Assembly: GCA_977030845.1 (NCBI GenBank)
Contig: OZ365113.1
Span: forward strand, 14,508,001-14,572,000
Length of the DNA stretch: 64,000 nucleotides
Origin: Fimbriosthenelais zetlandica
Taxonomy: Eukaryota
Direction: 5' to 3'
Shown here: one piece after another, positions 12,101-23,200 of the stretch
Position numbering within the stretch: the stretch's first letter is position 1
How the letters are laid out: each line of letters begins with the position of its first letter
Notes under the pieces: model-generated
Told to the model about the DNA's origin: nothing
Databases searched by the model: none
What the model saw: the letters and a program-made list of their open reading frames with translations, nothing else
Translations under genes and position numbers: made by a program

Positions 12101-12995
12101 TCTTAGAATTTGTAATATAGGCTACTAAATTCGCAGGAAGGGGGCGGGCGTACAGTCCGGGGATGGTGGGAGGGGGAGGGGGGCTTTCGACTGGGTGGGC
12201 AAAATAGGTAGGCCTACACTTTACAGTTGCATACTGCAGCAAAGGGAGCTCCTCCCCAGTTTAATATATATAGATCTAGCTTACCATAAACCTGCAAGAG
12301 CAGATTTAACTCCCATGCCAAAGGCAAGTCTAAGCCCATCACGCAGATAACGTTCCACCGAAGAGTATCGCCACAACCTAATTCCACCACACTGTAAAAT
12401 AGAGCAAAATATGTGATTTATTAGAAAAGGAAAAAAACCCAAGGAAATTAATTCTAAAAGGTCCATGTTCAGGTAGATATTAAATTAATAGGCCTACCGC
12501 TTGTCCTCTGTTTGTTCGCCATACAAATGCTCCCATCAAAGCTCCTGTCCTCATTCCAAGGGCCATAAAGGCCCCCTCATGTTCCTTGTAATCCAAGTCA
12601 TCCTCATCCAGAAAGGTAGCTAGTTCTTGGAGCAGGGGGTGGGACACCTTAGCTTTTCCTGTGGCGCGGTCATACACAATGTAACAACGCCGTATGTCGT
12701 TGTCTTTGAGAATTTTAACAAACTCACTCGGGCTTATATCAAGGAGATTCTTATCAGCTGATTTATTATCGCAGTATTTTCGGTTATTAACAGGACTGGC
12801 AAAGCAGTTAGCATGTTGATATTTTCTTTTTAGCGGGGCACCCAATGAATCGTTGTTGTTGATGGCAGTGCAACTTGAAATATGGGCATGACACTGCAGC
12901 AAACTTGGCAAACGATTAAACTGTTTTTTGTGGACTGAACGCCAAATCCGAGGTACTGCACGTAAACTAACTAACTTATGCAACATTTCTAACAT
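9138..12995 (-). CDS. Glu/Leu/Phe/Val (ELFV) dehydrogenase, leucine-dehydrogenase-like, 10 exons
   Basis: Ten in-phase GT-AG exons assemble to ...RGQACGGIRLW...GMGVKSALAGLWAGGGKGVI...AAEDVG...GSGNPSIATGKGV...GKTVAIQGAGNVS...CDILSPCALGN...IVCGAANNQL...YIPDFLANRMGIVNC...GQDFWR*. These motifs follow the order seen in bacterial LeuDH. Confidence 0.9.
11962..11990. repeat. Perfect 14-bp inverted repeat with 1-nt spacer in dehydrogenase intron 2
   Basis: GTCGATTTCCCTTG-G-CAAGGGAAATCGAC, directly preceded by a weaker ATAGAAG...CTTCTAT hairpin (11938-11961). Confidence 0.9.
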
Positions 12996-13762
12996 GGAAA
13001 TATGAATAAGAATAGTAGATTTGTCGAAATACCTCTCAAAGAACTGCCGATAAGATACAGATCCTCATCCACCGACTTGAAGCCTAACAACACATCAATC
13101 CTTGGGCAAAACAAAATAGTTCGTAAAAGAAGGAAACGAATAAAGATTAATAGGAGATTACTATTGAACAAGGTGTTAGTCACATATAAAACATACATTT
13201 GTATACACATAAATTTCCCTTTAATATCACGTTTACTTCAGAATCTTTCACAGTCTTCCCGGGCAAGGTTATTTATTAATCCGCGGAGGTTCCCGAAGGG
13301 CTTCCCCCACCAGACAATTTCTGATTGGCCAGAATGATCACACCCCCAACACACCCCTTCAGAAAATTGATTTTAAATTAAATTTTAGTACTGAAAAATA
13401 TATCTAACTGATAATATATTCTATTATTTTTTATAATGACGGTGAGATACTTAATTTTCTCATAAAATTTACGTCTGCCAAAGATCTACTTTCGTTGCAA
13501 CCCATGCTGAACTATGACCTGAATATTTTGCCCTTTTCTAATGTTGTTCTTCCGGTTTCTGGTTTGTTGTTTTCCGTTGCCTGGAAGTTCAGTGAATGTG
13601 AGTTGTTTATTCAGTATTCTAACTTATTTGGGATAAAGATCGGCCAATTAATGTTATAAGATAGCCCGATTGGTATAATTAGGAGGATATATGCTGAATT
13701 TTTACTACTGTTTTACGAGTACGAGTACAGATGATCGGACGAGGTCGACTCTAGCAAGTACA

Positions 13763-13794
13763 TCAAAGATTCTACTATATAGTAGAATCTTTGA
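13763..13794. repeat. Perfect 32-bp palindrome between the divergent dehydrogenase and CDK20 start codons
   Basis: TCAAAGATTCTACTATATAGTAGAATCTTTGA equals its own reverse complement. Confidence 0.95.
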
Positions 13795-14236
13795 GTACAT
13801 GCTCGGGCACTCAGCCTCAGGCCGACTAGCTCCGGGCCATGCAGTGAATGAGCTTCTCATTCTCCAATATTAGTACTATACTCATGGCTCATGTAACTGT
13901 ATTGTATTAAACTGTTAGATTTAGCTGGGTTGAATAAAAAATTATCATGTATCTAATACCTGGTACTATTATTATAGTATTAAATTTGTGCCAGATTGAT
14001 AATCATAATTCATCGATTTCTATGACTATGTTAGAATTTAGGTCAATTAAGAACAATTATTCATTGACATGAAATTAGTCTTTGTCAGACTTTGAATTCG
14101 CTAAATGTTATTTGGTCCCATGGCATGTTACATGTATTGTAATTTTCCATTTTTAGGGTGCCGGTTAGCCCAGCCCCTACTAGGCTCGGTCAGAATTGGG
14201 TCGGACCAGTAAGCCGTATGAAGCCTAAATTCAATC

Positions 14237-17200
14237 ATGGATCAATACACAATTCTGGGTCGCATTGGTGAAGGAGCACATGGAATAGTATTTAAAGCGA
14301 AAAAAATTGAGGTATGAAGACCTGTTTAAGGTTTTTTTGGACCTAGATTTAATCTATAACTTATATCTATAACTTCTAAGATAAAGAGATGACAGACGTG
14401 TAGTGTACAGCCTGTTTGCGCTACCACAATGAGGCTGGGTTGCCTCAAAACCTTCTCATAAGTTCTAAGATAAAGAGTTTCCGATAATATCTGATATTGT
14501 CATTGACTGGTTATTTTATTTTTCGCCTAATAATAAACTGTAGATTTTCTATACACTGTTACATAACATTATTATATTAGTTTAGCTAGCAATCAGTCCT
14601 GTTCATTTTCAGAGTGGAGAAGTTGTTGCACTGAAAAAAGTTCCATTAAGAAAATTGGAGGATGGTATACCAAATACAGCACTAAGGTAAATCAAAGCCG
14701 GCTGCAATTAATTTTGACCTTACTCAAGATTTGATAAATCATAACATTTTTCAAGTCCGTTTTATGGTCTACCTGTATCAGAAAAAGCACATATGCCTAG
14801 GCCAAACTCTTAACTGTGTATAAACTAATTTCCTTGCAAAGATGAAATGTGATGGATCTTATTCTTTTCAGAGAAATTAAAGCTTTGCAAGAAATTGAAG
14901 AGAATGAACATGTAAGTAATTCTTTCTGAAAATAAATATCCATGTTTAAGCATCCGTCATCTTATCTAATACTATGATAAGTAAGATTACCCGTCTTCAA
15001 ATTCAAATTTCATGAAGATAAATTATTTTTTACTTTTATTTTAACATATTAGGTTGTCAAACTAAGAGAGGTCTTCCCGCATGGTACAGGATTCGTACTT
15101 GTATTTGAGTATATGCTATCAGATTTATCTGAAGTTGTACGAAATCCGGATCATCCACTGACGGAGGCACAGATAAAGAGCTACATGTTAATGATAATAA
15201 AAGGAATCGCATTCTGCCATGAAAACAATATAATGCATCGGGTAGGTCTTTTAAACATATACAAAGCTGTATTGACCGTTTAAATTGCCTTGCTTTGTCA
15301 ATATAATTATTTCTAATTATTCTGAATATAATCAAATGTAAGTACGGGTAATTCCAAATGTTACCTGTTGATATCTAGGATCTTAAACCAGCAAACCTTC
15401 TCATAAGTTCCACGGGGCACCTCAAGATAGCTGATTTTGGACTTGCTCGCGTTTTCCAAAACGATGGCAACCGTCTTTATAGTCATCAAGTAGCAACCAG
15501 GTATGTACAGTGACTACTGTAAATATAATGCATAGCAATTATTATATAAAGGTTTTCAGGCCTTCGCAATAGATCAATGACTATTTAATACAAAACATAA
15601 TTTCTTAAAATTAATCTGAACAAAAACAAAACTTTAACGTGATTTCAATTCTCGTCATATTGTTTCAGATGGTACCGTGCTCCTGAACTTCTCTATGGGG
15701 CTAGGAAATATGACGAGGGCGTCGATTTATGGTGAGCAAGCCTAGATATTTGAAAATTCACATTACTTGAAGCTGTTGATAGCATTCCCAGGTAAAAGCC
15801 TAAAGACCTTCCCTGCATTGACTATTATCCATTAATTTTTGGAGGAATGCATTCAAATTTAGGAATTCTCTTCCACATTGTATGGGTGTAGTGGGGTAGA
15901 GGAGGCGCTATCACACGCTCTCTGTTTATTAGCCTGGACGATGATAGGTGGCAACTCCTCTGTCCTCCATCATCAATTTATCCTGGTTGGCTCAATCAAG
16001 CAAAAGGTCAGACAGGAAGAATAAATGCCAAACGTGACCTTTAGACTTGAACATCTTGGGGTGTCTTTAAATGGCATCAGTAGTGGCGACACACTTATGA
16101 AGCTCACCAAGTAGCTGGGTATTTGCCAAAAAAGATCATCTGCTTTAAGAATGCTTGCTTCTTCTTCTATTTTTATCAATGTATGCAGGCATATCTTTTG
16201 GCTCATATGAAAACACATGATGAAAATATAGCTTGTCTGTATCACATTCTTGCCAAGTTCTATGAATTGCTAACTAAGCATGCTTCCCTTAGCATTATGG
16301 ATATTAGGTTAGTTTCATTTTTCCCGAACTGCATGCACTACGCTTGTATTATTAACTTTTAAAATACATCTAAGTCATGAAATAGAATATCTCTGACTAG
16401 ATTTCCACGATAATGTTAGAGGAACCTGAAATAACATGAATGAATGTATGTACAGATGTACGGTATGTACATACATGTATGCTTGATTGTGTTCTCACAT
16501 GGTTGAAAGATTTCCAATCTAACAACATTTGTAAGTAAATACGCCTGATGTTCACTCAACATTTATTAAGATGCATGATCATGCTACAAAACATGATATT
16601 GCTTATTTTTAAACATAGGACTATGACAAAAAACGGCAAACATATCATAAAAAATTCAATCAAAGTCGATTGACAGTAACTAGTGTGTTTTCCATGACAG
16701 GGAGAAAGCTCTCTAATGAGTATACTTAATTTATAGATTACCTGACTAGGTTTGACAAGATCAGGTGAAATATCAATTATCGTATCACATATCTGATCGG
16801 ATAAATTAACCAACAGTCTCTCGGGGTTCAATCTTGTTTCTTAATAAATGTACACCTTTTTAGTTAACCCGAGTTTGTGGAAAATGTATACCAAGATTCG
16901 TTGCACTTTCCCTATTCGATAACAAGAAGGAGTTCTTCCTATAACTGAACCTCCTTCAAGGCTATTAATAAGCAATATTCGAGTCTGACTTTACATCTTG
17001 ACGTAATACCCTGTTAATTTCCCTATGTACTTAACACTTGACCATACAAGTAATACTCTAAAATTCAATGATACTTAATGACATTTCTTCTCGTTAAGAA
17101 CTTGTCGTAATTATTCATATGCAGCAGAATCAACAGGGAGGAAACATGGGTACTTAATTAAGATTGTAATAAATCACAATGTGTTAAACAGTAAATTATA

Positions 17201-20200
17201 CATATCAAAGATCACAGTACATGACAATAAGTCAAATGATACGAGTCCTAGGAAATAGAACTAGGACTAGAAATACTAAAGCTATCTGACTGACCCCGAT
17301 CTTAAAAGTAAAAGCTAGCCACAACAGAAAACATCATATAATTAGTATCCAGTATCACATCACAAATCTAATGACCTTAGCAAATATTAAATAATGCATA
17401 CCAGCACTTTAGAAACTGATTTGTAAGATTACTTTTGGGTAAAAACGTAAGTTACAGGTAAACGTAAGTTATTTTTTACCAAGGCTAGAATGCCCCACAT
17501 ATTATAATGCGTATAATTATGAATTAATATAATTTATATATAACAATTATTGTAAATGTAAAAGACTTAAAATATATCTAAAAATTTAACACTAGTTATA
17601 TAATAATTAGTCATAAACCGTTTGGCAAATTCAGACTATCACTTAAAATGACTCTGGTGGGTCAGTTGCTAAGCCACAAACAACTTTGACCATGTCTACA
17701 ACTAACGAGTTGAGCACCTCAGGTGGGATTTTTGTGTAGTGGTTTGGCGCCTCATTTTCTGGATCTGTGTTGGTCCACTGTCTATAGTGGATATGACGCC
17801 ATCTTGCTATGGCATGGAAATGCTCGTTAGCAGCGGACCAATAGGTGGGGAGCAGCTCAATCATACCAGCATGTTTGGGGAGGAACATGGCATGAGTCAG
17901 TCCAGCGCCATGCATCCCAATAAGAAGATCCGTCTCTGTCACAAACTTCAGTTGCTGGTCCATCTCAAACAGGTCTATTTGAATACCTTTCACGGTAAAG
18001 GTGGGAAAGTTTTGGCGAAGTGTGATCACTAATTCTTGTTCATTTTGAATCTTTCTTGATATGGATCCAGATGGGTTGCGCGGATGGGCCACATAATCCC
18101 TCCGCCAAATAAAAAGGATATTTATTCTATCACAGTCAAGCTTCCGTGTTTCGGTAATACGAAAACTTGAAAGAAAAAACGTCCGGAACTCTTCAATGAT
18201 CGGAATGTTTGGAGCATAATGGTCCATCATTAGACTGTTGTAGCCCAATGTGTTCCATACAAGCTGAGAGTATTTGGTCCTCATGCTTTGTGCACTAATG
18301 CGCTTTGATGAATTGAACAGAACATTCCAAACACCATCGAGAGCACCAGCAGGGTGGCCATCAACAATCAAAATGTTTGTGTCTGTCTGTGTTTTGTTGA
18401 AAAATTCCATCAGGAGGAATGCATTGTACCAATCAGTCATGGTGTGGTACAGATTTGCATATTCATATCGCACAACTAACACTGTAAACTCTGAATGCTT
18501 TTCACTATAAAGCTGAGAATCAGGTGTGTTGCTGACACTATAGAGCCACTGGTTAAGGTGATTATTATTGTTAAAGAAATATTGAGGCTGAACTGAGCAA
18601 GGTAACTGGAAAAAGCCTGGAAAATATGTGTAGTATTCTTCTTCTTCAGGCTGATTTATAACGTCAGTAATCAGCTCCCCTCCTTTTCGGCCATGGCAAA
18701 AGTTCCTATCCATAATCGCATTTTTAACAAAGGCAAATTCATTATTGTAAGCAATTATTCGGCCATCACAAAATTTCTCTTCACTCTCCAGCCATTCAGT
18801 CATTCTATCTGGCCAGAAACCATTGCTTCTAAAGGAAACCGAGACGTGTTTTGGTTTGAACTTTTTGAGCGCATGCTGATGGGCCAAGGCAAACAGGTTT
18901 GAAATATTGGAAGGTGAATGCATTTTGGCAGTATCTGAGACAGAGTGAATCATATTGTTCTTTCCAGTTCTGTTGAGGGATAGGTTCTCTGACCTTTCGC
19001 CAGGCTCTTTAAGTTGTGTGACGTCACCAACTTTAAGGTCCTGTTGTCTTCTGTCACCCAATGTCATGTCATTGGGTTTTTCACTACTCTGTTTAAGGAT
19101 AAACTGCAGTGCACCATTTTTCACCACCTTTTCCTGTATGACTGCTGAATTTTCATCGCGGTGATAGTGGTCCCGATGCCAGACCAGCTGGTTATCGGCT
19201 TTCGGCTTCCAGGCTAGGTTTTTGTCTCCTGTGTTCTCCGGAGATAATGTTTTAGCTGAGCTTTTTACCTGTCCGGTGCTTCCTTGATTGGATCCGTCTG
19301 CTCTTTCCAACAGGAGATTATTTTTCCCTTCTTTCTGATTTGGCCTTGATTGAACTGTTGGAATCTGCACTGTTGAATGCTTGTTAAGGACTTTTAAGAG
19401 AGCATCAATTTTGTTTTTCTTTCGAAGCCTCGCCAGTTTGCCTTCCTGCTCTTTTCTCCGATCAATGTAGCCAGTATCATTTACTCTGTCCATTTTCATA
19501 ACATTTTCAAGGGTTTGTCTGATATCAGAGGGGCCTTTGGGACTGCTTTGGCTTCTATTTCCCATATGTTTATTCACTATTTTTAAATCGACAATTAATG
19601 GCTTGTTCATATCAGGTTTTCTGAATTTATCGTTTCTGCCTGTAGATGGAATCTTAGCCCTTTCCAACTTAATCTCTTCGCCAAATAAGTTATTATTTAT
19701 GTCTATTTCCTCCTGACCTTTTGCCTGTTTGTCGCTAGGGCGTTCGTCTAACACAAACACTGGATTTTCGTTTGGCTTCTGAAGCAAGGAGCCTCCACGA
19801 GCATTTTTCTGTGTTTTGTTATGAACAGGCCCATACACGGTTACATCCTGTTTTAATTTTTTCCTACTTCCATCTGAAACCAATTCAGATTTTCTTTTCC
19901 TCCATGGTTCCACTGGTTTCCTTTTACCATTTCCTTTGTCTATGAGATCTGCATTAGAAATTTCAATAGGTACAACTGGCTGCTTCTTCTCTGTATCATG
20001 ATTTTCATCTTGACCTCTATGCCAATATTTTCTGTTACCTGGTCCGAGTTTCATTTCATCTGTATGAGCGATGCCCAGTTTTGTTTGTGACAAACGGACA
20101 ATGCTTTGATCCGTCTGTGCATTGTCTGTATTGGGGCTGATACGACTTTTGCCACTGCGCAGGACCTCGTCCACACTTCCTGGATGTTTGTTGCCATGAT

Positions 20201-23200
20201 AAGAGAGCATCATGAGCATACCCACAGATGCTGATAATATGATCAGGATGATAACCACTTTGTTCCTCCAACAGAGGACGTATAGGAAGCGGGACACCAA
20301 CATTTCAAACATGTTTTTGGGTCCTTGCATTTCAATAAAGATGAGCTAGATAAGAGTACTCAATAGAGTGGTCTATTGTACAGCCAACCTACAGTAAGCA
20401 TTACACCCTCCCGTTGTCCAGTTTCTGGAAAAAATAGATAGAAATGTGTTAATGGATATAATAGTATACATGTATAATATTCCAAACCTCTTACCAACAT
20501 GGTTACATATTAATCTCTTAAAAGTATGAAGCATTGTCTCTATTTGAACAGACTTATTCTTATAGATGCCTCTATACTTTTCTAATATTAGGAAGTTACC
20601 ATGTTTAGATTGCCTGTTCCCATGGCAACACTCAAGTGATAAATTGACACCTAAGATGTTATGCAGACCACGCATCTCAGGCCAGGCTCTGTTAGTAGGG
20701 AAGGAAGACTATGTAGACTAAACCACCAAATCAACATTCATTCCTGAACCACTCAGAGCTACTCTTGTGGAAGGCAACTGTGGTACATTAATGTAGCAGA
20801 TAGTACGAGATAATGGTGGCAGATAAAAAATACACAGATTTTTACAGCAGTTAAAGTGTAAGGGAATCTGGTTATGTATGCTGAGAAAACTAAGAAGAAA
20901 GTGGAGAAGAACAATGGAAATGGTAGAGGATATTAATGACAGCATGCAGAAGAGCATGGGTATGAGCTCTCTCTCTATATATATGGCCACTATATACCTT
21001 TCTATATAGCTCTGTATATATGACCACTCAGCTGAAAGTAGTCCTGTGACATTTCGTGAAAACCCTATCTCCTAATTTATTTGTCAAATATTTGCTGAAA
21101 CACGCTTTTGGTTTGTTCGGGGATTTTTTTTGTCAGGACGGTAACGAAATCTGGTGAAATTGAAGGGAACAATCATCCATTTTCAAATCTTTCAAAAGCC
21201 CAAAATTACCCACGAAATAAAAAATTCTCCTCTGAGAGCAGATGGATAATTAATCATAATTTCTGAAAAAAAATGCAGGGAGCAAATAAAGGTTCTCTTG
21301 TCAACCTCTGTCATTCATCAATGTTCCGATCTCTTCCAAAAACACATCAGGAAGGAAAAAGGCTACAAGCAGATGTTGAAATATTTCGTGACAAATGTCT
21401 TAATACCTACTGGATTTGTTTTAACAATTTGTATTTATAATTATTGTGGAGGAAAATCCCATCTTTCATAATTTCTCGTTACTTTTCAACTTCAAGAATG
21501 CCTGTGACTTTTTGAGAATTTATGTAGGTAATAGAGTAACTGTTAACTTTAAATTAAGTTAAAATGCTGTTTTCCCTGAAACTGCCGAGTTATAAGGGCC
21601 CTCTGCTATGAGGTTTCAGAAAACTCGACCCAGTAAATGCTTTTTCCTAAAGAAATCCAATTATGGAATACTAATTTGGAAAGCAACACCATGTTTGCCT
21701 AAACTAATACTCTTCCATTACTACTTCAACTTTGTTAAGTGGTTTTAGGGCATGTGCCCTCTCATCCCAAGATGAGTCTCTAATATGGATTGAGTGTTCA
21801 TACCTAAGTTTGATGGCTGATGGCTGCAGGAAAGTAAAATCCTAATATGAGATGCGCAAATGACAATTAAAAACTCCTCTGGTTCCTTTTCTGAACAATT
21901 TTGCCGTTGCAAGCAGCTTAGAGTAAAATGAAAGCAAGCAGGGATATCCGATTGATTTAACCTCATGGCATTGGATAACAAGGAGTGTATGCAGGAGTTG
22001 GAAATGGGGGCCCGCTGCCTACCATTCTGACCATATAATATATATTTAGATTACATCCGAACACTTACTGTAGAATGTAAATATATAAAGCCCTATTTTG
22101 ATATGGTATATTTTTGTTTCTGTAATAGGAACAATAATAAAACAAGTAAAAAGAAAAAAAGCAGAATACTGACATGTGGGCCTCCGACTTAGAACTATAT
22201 TGTTCACAGTGATTATCAGTACTGTCTGACTCTGAGTAGTGGAATACACATGATTGTAGTAACATGTTATGTGGGTACCTGCGTATAGAGACTTTGGTTG
22301 AAAAGGGATAATGCATTTTTTTTATCAACATAAATGTGTCGCAAATGTGAAATGATTTCTGGGGAATGAATGAATGAATGAATGAATGAATGAATGAATG
22401 CATGCGTGCATCCATGGATTAGTAGGCGAGTGGCAGTAGCAGAGGGAAGTGAAGGCATACCCTATCATACCATATCATATGGCCTTACCATATCAAATTT
22501 ATATAGCCCTATGATATAACACCTCATTATAGAGTATCATATGAACTATGAGTGTATAAGCGGATACCACTGCATCAATAAATATACAATATAATATTTA
22601 TTTACCTTATTATGGAATGTTCCCAGCTTCCATTAATCACCTGACGTGGTCTTGTAGCTAAGCTTCCACCATGGTTCTTGCGATCATTGTACACCGTCTC
22701 ATGGTCATGCCCATGGCATGGGATTTGGGTTGTGTCCCTACATGCAGATCCAATAGCCTGTATGTTGTGCCAAGTCTAAATAGGTTGTGGTCAATCCAAT
22801 GGGGGTATAGAATAGCCTCGTGCAATCAGTAGTGGACCCAGTGTGTGTAATATAACCGACCACACAGGTACATGATAATATAGCCTAGGGGGGATTAGCT
22901 ACCCCCATTGCACAGTTCATTTCATGTCTGCTGCATCACTCCAGTCTTCATGTGCTTCCAGTAATAGCAGAGGCTTCACGTTCCCTCGCTTTCTGACAGA
23001 CGCTGACTCCTCCAGATGTGTATTACAATTGGCTACAGACTCCATCAATGTGCGCAGCCATATCCCTACCATTACCAAGGCTGAGATTTTCTCTACTGTC
23101 TAGAATGCACGGCTTGATTGACCATGGTCAAGTCTAGTCTATTGGTGATCAGGGGTCTTCCCTTGGGCCTTCTATATCTTCCCATGATTGATCCCATCCC

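Noticed and set aside
13002-13337. Basic 111-aa ORF upstream of the dehydrogenase
   Set aside because: Overlaps the 5'UTR/promoter, has no homologous motif, and its composition reflects the antisense of a T-rich UTR.
16556-16990. Minus-strand frame of ~145 codons with one stop, downstream of the GT61 gene
   Set aside because: No recognisable domain or splice structure; may be 3'UTR or old repeat.
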